The notes under the pieces are model-generated. The model ran no database searches. It was not told the DNA's origin and saw nothing but the letters and a program-made list of their open reading frames with translations. Made by a program: the position numbers and the translations under genes. A stretch of DNA of 26,003 nucleotides from an uncultured Planctomycetales bacterium. Its GTDB lineage: Bacteria; Planctomycetota; Planctomycetia; Pirellulales; JAEUIK01. Below, one piece after another: positions 7,666-16,048 of this stretch. Numbering within the stretch: position 1 is the first letter of the stretch; every line of letters starts with the position of its first letter. The stretch spans positions 1 to 26,003 of the forward strand of contig CALKYM010000058.1 of the NCBI GenBank assembly GCA_938003525.1. Direction: 5' to 3'.

Positions 7666-10398
7666 ATGCCGAAGCAACGAGATCTCTCGCCGTTCGACCG
7701 CCGCGCATTCATGAAGATGGCGGCCACCACCGGGGCGGCTGTCAGCGCCACGTCGCTTTATCCAGAGGAGTTCGTCCAGTCTGCTGCCGCCGCATCGGCA
7801 ACGCCTGCGGCGGGGATCAAGCTCTTGCAGTCTGCTTGTCCTTACTGCGGCGTGGGCTGTGGCACCTTGATCAAAGTTGAAAACGGTCAGGTCGTGGGCA
7901 TGGTGCCCGACAAGAAGCACCCCACCAATCAGGGCATTCAGTGCATCAAAGGGCTCAACGCGCACGAACCCATCTATCGCGATCGACTGACAAAGGTGCT
8001 GGTGCGCAAGGACATGAGCGATCCCCTCCGCGGGCACGTCTCCGGCACCAAGGGCCGCTTCGACGACGACGTGTTTGACGAGGTGTCGTACGAGGAAGCC
8101 GAAGAGATCGTCGCCGAGCGGATTGCTGAGATCGTCCGCGAACGAGGCGGAAACTCGATCGGATTGAACGGCAGCGGTCAGCTAACGATGGAGGCCCAAT
8201 GGATCGAAAACGTCTTGATGAAAGGCGTGCTGGGCAGCAACTCGATCGAGGCCAACGCGCGGATGTGTATGACTTCAGCCGTGACGGGCTACTTTCACAG
8301 CTACGGTTCCGATGCACCGCCCACCAGCTACGAGGACATTGAACAGGCGGACTTCATCACGTTTTGGGGACACAATGCCCGCGAGGCGCATCCGATCCTG
8401 TTTTGGCGCGTGGCCGACCACAAGCAACAGACGGATATTCCCACGCTGGTTGCCGATCCGCGCCGCACGGGATCCGTAATTGGGCTGGAGAACATCAATC
8501 CCCGCAACAGCCTTCACATCCAAACGCTCAATGGCGACATCAGCTATCAAAACGCCATCGCGCACGTACTGTTGACCAAGTATCCCGACGCGATCATGCC
8601 GGAAGACTGGTTGAAGGACAACGTCAACGGATACCGCGAATACATCGATGGAGTGCTCGAACGCTACTCGCCCGAGCAGGTTGTCGAGCGACTTCAACTG
8701 CTCGACCGCGGACGCGTGACGGTGGAGACCATTGAACAGGTCGCGCAGTACTGGGCCGACGCCACGCGCAAGGGGCGACAGCGCGGAAGAGGCGGCGTGC
8801 TTTCCTTCTGGGGTATCGGCTACAACCAGATGCTGCACGGTCAACACAACACGATTAGCATCATCAACCTCCACTTGCTGACGGGCAATCTCGGGCGGCC
8901 CGGCTGCGGCAGCCATTCGCAAACCGGTCAGCCCAACGCCATGAGCGAGCGGCTCATGGGCGGGCTCACCGGACGTTTGCCGTTTAATCGTCCGCTGTCG
9001 GACGACAACTGGCGCGACCACATTGCCGACGAGTGGGGCATCTCCCGCGAGCGACTCAAGCAGACGTCGATCATGCCCAACCCGGGTATGGCGGTTGGCT
9101 TGATGGAACGCGCGCTGAAGGACGACCTGTTGGCCATGTTTTGGATGTACACGACGCATGTGCACATGCCGGATCTGGATACGCTGGTTCGACCGGCGCT
9201 GACCAAGATGTTTTGCGTCGTGCAGGAAATCTATCGTCACGCGCCGAACCTGTTGTACGGCGATGTGATCTTTCCAGCATCGACATGGGGCGAATGGTCA
9301 GGCGGTACGTACATTCAGAGCGAGCGCCGTGTCTACGTGTGCGACGGCACAAACCATCCGCCGGAGAATTGTCGTCCCGATATGGACATGGCGATCGACA
9401 AGACGAAGCTGCTGGCCAAGAAGCTGGGACTCGATGCCGACAAGATCATGCCGTTCGAGAAGAAGATTCGCTCGGGCAATGGCCTCATGGTGTACGATCC
9501 CGAGGAGGTGTTTCGCGCCATTGCGGTAGCCAGCAAAGGCAGCGACGCAGATATGTCGGGGATGATCGAGGTCGAGCAACGCGACGGCATCAGCGTCTAC
9601 GACCAACTCCGCGAATTGCGCGGCGTGCAGTGGCCCGCACCCACCTACGACATCGCACGAGCTGGTGGGACTCCGCGTCGGTACCTGGGCCAGGAAGGGT
9701 GGGCCGGCAAACCGTACGGTGCGTTTCGCCACCCGGATGGCAAGGCCCAGATGAAGCTGTGCGAACAATCGTACGACCGCATCCACGAGATCACCGACAA
9801 GTTGATGCAGTACGGTCATCGCGACCGACCCGGAGCGGGGCCCTACTTCGTCGACGACATTGCGCAGGCCAAAGCAGAAGGCCGCAAGAATCTTCTGGAA
9901 GAAGCCAGGGATGCTGCGCTCACCCCCGAGCTACCAGACCTGGAAGTCTATGCCGACGCAACGCTCGGCTTGGACGACCACAAACGCCAGGACGTCTATC
10001 CGTTCTGGCTGGGACTGGGAATCGTCTACGAGCACTTTCACACGGCCAAGACGATTCGCGGCGCGACAACCCGCAAGCTCGTTCCCGAGCAGTACGTCGA
10101 GATGAGTGTCGGCGACGCGCAGCGCTTCGGGCTTCGAGACGGCGACCCCGTTCGGCTGGTGACGCGGCGCGGGACGTATGAAGCGCGCGTCACGGTCGGC
10201 TTGCAAAGCGAGCTGCGACCCTCCCGGAGCGAGTTGCCCGAGGGCTACCTGTTCAGTCCTTGGAATCTCTCGGTGGCCGATAGTGCTGATCCGACCAAGA
10301 ACCGCTGGCTGGTGAACGCCGTCAGCCATCGGGCCTGGGACCCTGTGAGTGGCCAGGCAGATTTCAAGAAGCTGGCAGCGCGGATCGAAAGGATCTGA
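7666..10398 (+). CDS. Tat-exported bis-MGD molybdopterin oxidoreductase catalytic subunit in the Nap/Nas/Fdh clade. Probably a periplasmic NapA-like reductase, but the substrate is not determinable from sequence.
   Basis: Twin-arginine signal DRRAFMKMAATTGAAVSATS. N-terminal [4Fe-4S] motif CPYCGVGCG ... QCIKG, which is CX2CX3C plus a distal Cys. MopB-type core, 910 aa. C-terminal molybdopterin-binding-like segment VEMSVGDAQRFGLRDGDPVRLVTRRGTYEARV. SD-like AAAGGA lies 9 nt upstream of the ATG. Confidence 0.8.
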   Translation: MPKQRDLSPFDRRAFMKMAATTGAAVSATSLYPEEFVQSAAAASATPAAGIKLLQSACPYCGVGCGTLIKVENGQVVGMVPDKKHPTNQGIQCIKGLNAHEPIYRDRLTKVLVRKDMSDPLRGHVSGTKGRFDDDVFDEVSYEEAEEIVAERIAEIVRERGGNSIGLNGSGQLTMEAQWIENVLMKGVLGSNSIEANARMCMTSAVTGYFHSYGSDAPPTSYEDIEQADFITFWGHNAREAHPILFWRVADHKQQTDIPTLVADPRRTGSVIGLENINPRNSLHIQTLNGDISYQNAIAHVLLTKYPDAIMPEDWLKDNVNGYREYIDGVLERYSPEQVVERLQLLDRGRVTVETIEQVAQYWADATRKGRQRGRGGVLSFWGIGYNQMLHGQHNTISIINLHLLTGNLGRPGCGSHSQTGQPNAMSERLMGGLTGRLPFNRPLSDDNWRDHIADEWGISRERLKQTSIMPNPGMAVGLMERALKDDLLAMFWMYTTHVHMPDLDTLVRPALTKMFCVVQEIYRHAPNLLYGDVIFPASTWGEWSGGTYIQSERRVYVCDGTNHPPENCRPDMDMAIDKTKLLAKKLGLDADKIMPFEKKIRSGNGLMVYDPEEVFRAIAVASKGSDADMSGMIEVEQRDGISVYDQLRELRGVQWPAPTYDIARAGGTPRRYLGQEGWAGKPYGAFRHPDGKAQMKLCEQSYDRIHEITDKLMQYGHRDRPGAGPYFVDDIAQAKAEGRKNLLEEARDAALTPELPDLEVYADATLGLDDHKRQDVYPFWLGLGIVYEHFHTAKTIRGATTRKLVPEQYVEMSVGDAQRFGLRDGDPVRLVTRRGTYEARVTVGLQSELRPSRSELPEGYLFSPWNLSVADSADPTKNRWLVNAVSHRAWDPVSGQADFKKLAARIERI

Positions 10399-10399
10399 C

Positions 10400-11047
10400 A
10401 TGCCAGTCGATCGTCGCTCATTCTTGCGAAACGTAGCCGGTCTTGCCGCCGTGTCGACTGCCGCGGCCGGCACTTCGGGATTGTGGAGCGGAGGTGCGCA
10501 AGCAACAGACGCTCCTCTGCGGCCACCAGGAGCCCTTCCGGAGGATGAATTCCTCTCCACGTGTATCCGCTGTATGCGCTGCGTCGACTCGTGCCCGAAC
10601 CATTGTCTCGAGTCGACGCCTGTCACGGCAGGCGCCCAAATTGCGGGCACGCCGCAAATGCATCCGCGACGTCAGGCGTGCATGTTGTGCAGCCGGGCTG
10701 AGGGTGACTACTTACGGTGCACGGCCGCCTGTCCCACCGGAGCCCTGCGGCCCATCAAGAAAGACATTCTCCAGATTCGAGAGCACGTCCGCATTGGTGT
10801 GGCCGAGATCGATCTGAATCTGTGCTACTCGTACAACAACTATACGTGCGGCACCTGCTTTCATGCCTGCCCGCTGCAAGGCGAAGCCATCACGCTGGGC
10901 CTTTGGGAACGGCCGCAAGTGCATCCCGAGGCGTGCATCGGCTGTGGCCTTTGCGAGCGCGCCTGCATCCGTTACCCGCACGCGATTCGGGTCAAAGCGA
11001 CGGACAGACCGCACCAGCAGGAACCCGCATCGCCCTCTTCGTCATGA
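10400..11047 (+). CDS. Tat-exported NapG/MauM-like periplasmic polyferredoxin with four FeS cluster motifs. This is copy 1.
   Basis: The six-frame ORF opens at 10349. The internal ATG at 10400 sits 2 nt after the upstream TGA, with AAAGGA 6 nt upstream. RRSFLRNVAGLAAV is a Tat motif. Cys motifs CIRCMRCVDSCP, CMLCSRAEGDYLRCTAACP, CYSYNNYTCGTCFHACP and CIGCGLCERAC. Confidence 0.75.
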   Translation: MPVDRRSFLRNVAGLAAVSTAAAGTSGLWSGGAQATDAPLRPPGALPEDEFLSTCIRCMRCVDSCPNHCLESTPVTAGAQIAGTPQMHPRRQACMLCSRAEGDYLRCTAACPTGALRPIKKDILQIREHVRIGVAEIDLNLCYSYNNYTCGTCFHACPLQGEAITLGLWERPQVHPEACIGCGLCERACIRYPHAIRVKATDRPHQQEPASPSSS

Positions 11048-11676
11048 ATATCTCGCGGCGTACATGGTTGCAATTGTTTCGGCGCGGCGTTCGCGGCCTC
11101 GCGTTTGCTGGAGCCTGGATCGCGCTGGCCGTGGCGTTGCGCCGACCTGCGGCGCCGCGACATACGGCGCGACCACGTGTGGACGAACCACAGGAGTTCA
11201 CCTTTCGGCCACCCGGCGCATTGCCGGAATCCGACTTTCTGGCTCGCTGTATCCATTGTTATCTGTGTCAGGACGTCTGTCCGCCCGGGTGCATCTTGAT
11301 GAAGCCCGACACCGAGCCGGACCGCCATACTCCGTACATCACGCCTCGCCTCAAGGCCTGCACGCTGTGTCTGAAGTGCTGCGACGTCTGCCCCACCGGC
11401 GCGCTCACGCGGCTATCGAACAAGCGTGACGTGCAGATGGGCCTCGCTGCGGTGGACGAGACGATCTGCGTTTCGCATCTGCGGACCGGCGCCTGCGGAG
11501 CCTGCTTCACTGCGTGTCCCTTGAGGGGCGATGCGATCACGCAGGGATTGTACAACGCACCGTACGTCAACCCCGAGCATTGCACGGGTTGTGGACTGTG
11601 CGAAGAGGTGTGCATCGTCCCCTATCGAGCCATCCGCGTGTATCCAACGGAACACGTGTCGGAGGGTGTGGCATGA
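11044..11676 (+). CDS. Tat-exported NapG/MauM-like periplasmic polyferredoxin, copy 2.
   Basis: The ATG at 11044 overlaps the upstream stop (ATGA). The product begins MNISRRTWLQLFRRGVRGLAFAGAWIALAVA, a Tat motif plus a hydrophobic region. Cys motifs CIHCYLCQDVCPPGC, CTLCLKCCDVCPTGA, CVSHLRTGACGACFTACP and CTGCGLCEEVC. The listed ORF 10717..11676 is the same frame with a spurious upstream extension. Confidence 0.75.
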   Translation: MNISRRTWLQLFRRGVRGLAFAGAWIALAVALRRPAAPRHTARPRVDEPQEFTFRPPGALPESDFLARCIHCYLCQDVCPPGCILMKPDTEPDRHTPYITPRLKACTLCLKCCDVCPTGALTRLSNKRDVQMGLAAVDETICVSHLRTGACGACFTACPLRGDAITQGLYNAPYVNPEHCTGCGLCEEVCIVPYRAIRVYPTEHVSEGVA

Positions 11677-13322
11677 TAGGCCGCCTGATCCCGCCGATTC
11701 GCCGCACGGTGCAAGTGCTAAGCCTGCTGTTGGTCGGGCTGTTGCCGGTTCTCGCACTGTACACCCATCATCATGAAGCCCACGCGATCGACGACCTTCC
11801 GACCGACGACTGGCGCACGGCGGCGATTCGCACGGTCGATCGCGTCGTGGGCGATGATGAAGGCCGCGAGCATTTGGCCAAAAGCACGCAGGGAACTATC
11901 TGGTCGCTGCGACTCGCGGGATACAGCGTGTCAGATCCGTTGGCGGGTGCTGAGGCGATCGTCACGAGCCGCAGCTTTTACCAACCGCTGATGTGGTCGG
12001 TGCTGCTGCCGATTGTCGCCAGCCTGTTGCTGGGCCGTGTGTTCTGTGGGTGGATCTGCCCGGTCAACACGCTGTTGGAAGTCGTCGACCGTGGCCGTCG
12101 CCTGTTGCGGATTGCCGAAATTCGCCCCAGGGACGTCAGGTTCTCGCTGTGGAACAAGTACCTCGTGCTTGCGCTTGGACTGCTGATCGCTGGCGTCACT
12201 TCCGTGCCGTTCTTGGCTCTGTTCTATCCGCCCGCCGTGCTCAGTCGCGAAACGCATCTGTTCGTTTTCGGGGCGACGTTGGGATTGGGGCTGTACTTCT
12301 TGCTCGCCATTGTCCTGTTTGAACTCTTCGTCAGCCGGCGTTGGTGGTGCCGCTATATGTGCCCAGGCGGCGCGCTGTATTCGCTCTTCGGTCACTTGCG
12401 GGTTGTCCGAGTACGGCGCGACGACGACAAGTGCGTCAAGTGTGGCGAATGCGTCCGTGTCTGCCAGTTCGACCTGCGACCCATGTTGCACCACACTACA
12501 GGCTCTGAGTGCACCAACTGTGCGGCGTGCATCTCGGTTTGCGATTCCGATGCCTTGCACTACAGGTTGACGGCACCGCTCCCCATTCTTCACCCTGATC
12601 GCGCGGCCGTTTCTACAAGAGCCCCTGAGTCCGCCGCGCCGGAGGCGGAGCCGACGGAGGACGATCGACGTTCATCTGCGACATCCAAGGTGCTGCATAG
12701 CGGGCTGGGCCTGCTGCTGGCTTGCTTCATCACGAACCAAGCCCACGCGCACCATATTCTCGGACTGCCACACTACTCCTACAAAGACAACTACCCTCAA
12801 GCGCCGACCCTCGAGTATCCCGCCACGACGGGACCTTACCAGGTGCTGATGACCTGTTATCCAGGCACGCCGGTGCCGGGCGAAGCGTCGACCGTGGCCT
12901 TCTATATCAAGCATATTCAGGGCGACACGCCGTACGCTCAACCGGTAACCATGCGCGTGCTGCAGACCTTCACATTCGGTTCGAGCCGCGAAATCGTCGC
13001 TCCATCGCAGCGCGAGCCCTTCGACAATCAACACCGCTACACGGTCACGTTTCCGCAAGACGGCGAATACATTGTCGAGTTGACCATGGATGTCGAGGGC
13101 CGGCCGGAAGTGATTCCGTTCCTGGTGGTGTGCGGCAATCCTACAGCGACCAAGTCGATAGTCGTCTTCCTGGGCGGAGGGCTGGCCGTGTTCCTGGTTT
13201 CTGTGCGCGCGATCAAGAAAAAGCGTGAGCGCCGCGCCACAAAAGCGCGGTCACGCGGCAAGCTGACAAACGAGACAACTTCTTCCGCCGAACAAGATAC
13301 AGCCTCGCCGCTGGCTCACTGA
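11673..13322 (+). CDS. NapH/MauN-like integral-membrane iron-sulfur protein with two CX3CP motifs and two [4Fe-4S] motifs, plus a C-terminal extension of about 230 aa ending in an extra TM helix.
   Basis: The ATG at 11673 overlaps the upstream stop (ATGA), with GGAGGG 7 nt upstream. TM helices are present. GWICPVNTL and WWCRYMCPGGALYS are CX3CP motifs. CVKCGECVRVCQFD and CTNCAACISVCDSD are ferredoxin motifs. The C-terminal region (HHILGLPHYSYKDNYP ... VVCGNPTATKSIVVFLGGGLAVFLVSVRAIKKKRERR) has a soluble domain flanked by hydrophobic helices. Confidence 0.7.
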   Translation: MIGRLIPPIRRTVQVLSLLLVGLLPVLALYTHHHEAHAIDDLPTDDWRTAAIRTVDRVVGDDEGREHLAKSTQGTIWSLRLAGYSVSDPLAGAEAIVTSRSFYQPLMWSVLLPIVASLLLGRVFCGWICPVNTLLEVVDRGRRLLRIAEIRPRDVRFSLWNKYLVLALGLLIAGVTSVPFLALFYPPAVLSRETHLFVFGATLGLGLYFLLAIVLFELFVSRRWWCRYMCPGGALYSLFGHLRVVRVRRDDDKCVKCGECVRVCQFDLRPMLHHTTGSECTNCAACISVCDSDALHYRLTAPLPILHPDRAAVSTRAPESAAPEAEPTEDDRRSSATSKVLHSGLGLLLACFITNQAHAHHILGLPHYSYKDNYPQAPTLEYPATTGPYQVLMTCYPGTPVPGEASTVAFYIKHIQGDTPYAQPVTMRVLQTFTFGSSREIVAPSQREPFDNQHRYTVTFPQDGEYIVELTMDVEGRPEVIPFLVVCGNPTATKSIVVFLGGGLAVFLVSVRAIKKKRERRATKARSRGKLTNETTSSAEQDTASPLAH

Positions 13323-13446
13323 AGCCGGGCAAACGAAACAACGCGAAACGCAAGCCCGCACTGGTGACAGCTCGCCCCGTTCAGATCTGACAGACGCGAC
13401 ATTCGCAACAACAGCCTAAGACCGACGCCCTACTGAGAACCGACCG

Positions 13447-15447
13447 ATGCGGGCCCTTGTCAAGATATTCTTGCCGTATTCTGTATTGTTGGCTGTCGCC
13501 GTCGCGGTGTACGTGTCGACATTCCGCGCCCCTTCGCAGGCGAGTTCTGCTCCCGAGCGCGGCGAGGAATCGACGCCGCTCGATCCGGTGTGCCACATGG
13601 AAGTCAACCCGAGTTGGCAACATCAGGCGACGCACGAGGGCGAAGTCTACTGGTTCTGCACCAGTCGTTGTCGCGACCGCTTCGTCGCTTCCCCCGACTC
13701 ATTTCTCGGCGAGCGCTGCGTCGTGTGCAACGACTTGGTGGAAGCCGATGCGTCGTTGCCGGCGACCTATTTGGGCAAAACCTACCACCTCTGTTCTCAA
13801 GAGCATCGCCGCGAGTTCAAAGCCGACCCGGCGGCGTTCTTCATGCACACCATGTGGGGCATCCCTCCCTGGTTGTACTACGGATCGATTGCCGGTGTGC
13901 TCGTCGTCAGCTTCGGTGTTTTCGAGCGACGGGATCGAAAGACTTCATCGGGAACCCTTTCGGTCTCACCGTCGGGCGAGCTGACTCTGGACGATAAACC
14001 TAACACGTCGTTTGTACGCAGCGCTGCGGAACGAATCGATCTGCTACGCAGTCCACTGCTTCGCGCGGTCTTCACATCGCGGCGGCTGCGCTTTTGCGCG
14101 CAGGCCACGATGGTTCTGCTCTTCTTTCTGATCATTGCCGCCGGGCTGTTTGGCAATCAGAACCCGGCATTGAACATCGCGCCCATTCTGACATGGACCG
14201 TCTGGTGGGGCGGCCTGGTTGTGTTGATCATGTACGCCGGCAAGGCCTGGTGTTACATGTGCCCCTGGGACGCCGTTGCCGGCTGGATGGCGAAACTTAG
14301 ACTTTGGACCAAGACCGATGAGCGGCTCGGGCTTGATCTCAAGTGGCCGCCCGCCGTTCGCAACATCCTCGTCGCCACGTTGCTCTTCGTCGGTCTGACC
14401 TGGTTCGAACTTGGCTTCGGCGTGACGATGCGCCCGCGTGTGACTGCCTATCTGGCGATCGCGATGTTGCTGATGGCCATCGTCTCCGCGTTTTTGTTCG
14501 AGCGCCAGAGTTTCTGCAGATACGGCTGTCTGGTGGGCCGCGTGAGCGGCCTGTATGCCATGTTCTCCGGCGTTGAGGTCCGCGCCCGCGACGAAGCGGT
14601 TTGTCGCACGTGCGAGGGAAAAGAGTGTGTGCGCGGTAGTGAAAACGCCTATGGCTGTCCGACGTTTCTTTATCCGGGCAAGCTCAAAACCAACACCTAC
14701 TGTATTCAATGTACCGAGTGCATTCAGGCCTGCCCGGAGGACAATCTGACGATCAATATGCGTCCCTGGGGGGCCGACTTGGCCGCCGAACATCGGCCGC
14801 GGCAGGACGAGGCCTATCTGGCTCTGCTGATGCTGGCAATCACGGGCTTTCACGGGCTGACCATGACGCCCAACTGGGCGCTGCTCACCGGCTGGATGAG
14901 CGAAGTCTTTTCACTGGGACGCGTGATTGCCTTTACGCTCGGAATGACCTTGCTGCTCTTGGCGCCGATCGCCGTCTACGCCGTGTTGATTGGAGTGTCT
15001 CACCGCTTGGCGTTGGGCACTCGACACATCGAGAGGCGCGACCTCACCTACGGCGACTACTTCATTCGCTACGCGTACGCTTTGCTGCCCATCGCGCTCT
15101 TCTACCATCTCGCACACAATCTCGAACACCTGCTGCTGGAAGGGCCGAAGGTTGTGGCGCTTTTTTCCGATCCGTTCGGCTGGGGCTGGAATCTGTTCGG
15201 CACGAGCGATTGGGTGGTGCCGCCACTCGTCTCGCTCGAGGCACTGTGGATCGTACAAGTGCTGCTCGTGCTGGTGGGCCACGTCTACAGCCTGTGGGCG
15301 GCCCAACGCACGAGCGTCAACATCTTTGGCAGCCACAAGGTCGCGTTCCGCAGCCAACTCCCGATGCTCGTCGGCATGATTGCCTTCAGCGTGTTCAGCC
15401 TCTGGCTGCTCAAACAGCCCATGGAAATGCGGACCAGCGCCATGTGA
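13447..15447 (+). CDS. Membrane polyferredoxin of the CcoG/FixG/NapH family with two N-terminal YHS/TRASH metal-binding domains. Putative metal (cupric) reductase.
   Basis: N-terminal signal/TM MRALVKIFLPYSVLLAVAVAVYV. YHS-type motifs DPVCHMEV...YWFCTSRCRDRF and CVVCNDLV...YHLCSQEHRREF. Multiple TM helices. WCYMCPWD and FCRYGCLVG cysteine motifs. C-terminal ferredoxin motif CIQCTECIQACPEDN, plus CRTCEGKECV. Gene follows the NapH-like gene after 124 bp on the same strand. Confidence 0.7.
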   Translation: MRALVKIFLPYSVLLAVAVAVYVSTFRAPSQASSAPERGEESTPLDPVCHMEVNPSWQHQATHEGEVYWFCTSRCRDRFVASPDSFLGERCVVCNDLVEADASLPATYLGKTYHLCSQEHRREFKADPAAFFMHTMWGIPPWLYYGSIAGVLVVSFGVFERRDRKTSSGTLSVSPSGELTLDDKPNTSFVRSAAERIDLLRSPLLRAVFTSRRLRFCAQATMVLLFFLIIAAGLFGNQNPALNIAPILTWTVWWGGLVVLIMYAGKAWCYMCPWDAVAGWMAKLRLWTKTDERLGLDLKWPPAVRNILVATLLFVGLTWFELGFGVTMRPRVTAYLAIAMLLMAIVSAFLFERQSFCRYGCLVGRVSGLYAMFSGVEVRARDEAVCRTCEGKECVRGSENAYGCPTFLYPGKLKTNTYCIQCTECIQACPEDNLTINMRPWGADLAAEHRPRQDEAYLALLMLAITGFHGLTMTPNWALLTGWMSEVFSLGRVIAFTLGMTLLLLAPIAVYAVLIGVSHRLALGTRHIERRDLTYGDYFIRYAYALLPIALFYHLAHNLEHLLLEGPKVVALFSDPFGWGWNLFGTSDWVVPPLVSLEALWIVQVLLVLVGHVYSLWAAQRTSVNIFGSHKVAFRSQLPMLVGMIAFSVFSLWLLKQPMEMRTSAM

Positions 15448-16048
15448 CCGCGATGCAGCCGCCTTCGCCGAGAGCACTACATTGGACGTGCTAGGTTCCA
15501 CTGGTGCCACTGAAGAATTTGACGTGGCACCTCCACAAACCTCGACGGGGCGCACCGACCGCGCTCCGTTCGGCGGACAACTTGGTACGTGAGGGCGGCA
15601 ATGAACTGCGCTGGCTAGGTGCGCGACCCTTGCTCCACTTTCAGAGGTGAGGGCCGACCCGATGATCGTAGCGCTGGGCCCGCTACCGACCTGCGCGGTC
15701 AGGGAACTCACCAAGTCTAGCGCGGTGTCAGCGCCGGCCTTCATGGGCCGCTCAGTCTGACGAATTGACCAACTTCGCCGACCACAGATCCTGTGATCCA
15801 ACGCCGCCTGAGCAGTCCGACGCGAAGAGCAGTGCTCTGCTGTCACCGATCAGATGGGGTGCACGCTCGTCAGCTTCTGTGTTCAGTTCGTCGAGGCTTA
15901 CAATTATACAGCGGCTAGAGTGCGACGATCGTGGACAAGATCAACTCCCAGGGAACTTCGTTGACTGAAGACCGCAGCATTCTGAGAATGGGATCGTGCT
16001 GACGCTGATGGGCACCAACCGGGTGGCGCAAGTGCCGGACACGATCGA

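Noticed and set aside
8275-10181. Long ORFs inside and antisense to the molybdoenzyme gene (8275..9240 -, 9033..10181 +, 9298..9819 -)
   Set aside because: They overlap a strongly supported MopB coding frame. Their sequences are Arg/Ala/Gly-rich and low-complexity with no motifs. These are typical shadow ORFs of a GC-rich genome.
10717-11043. N-terminal 109 codons of listed ORF 10717..11676
   Set aside because: This stretch overlaps the first NapG-like gene in another frame. A Tat leader and an ATGA junction place the real start at 11044.
15890-15915. AT-rich TTACAATTATACA as a promoter for the DUF1501 gene
   Set aside because: It is the only AT-rich patch in the 600-bp gap, but no -35 element is present and it lies 140 bp from the start. 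Too weak to call.
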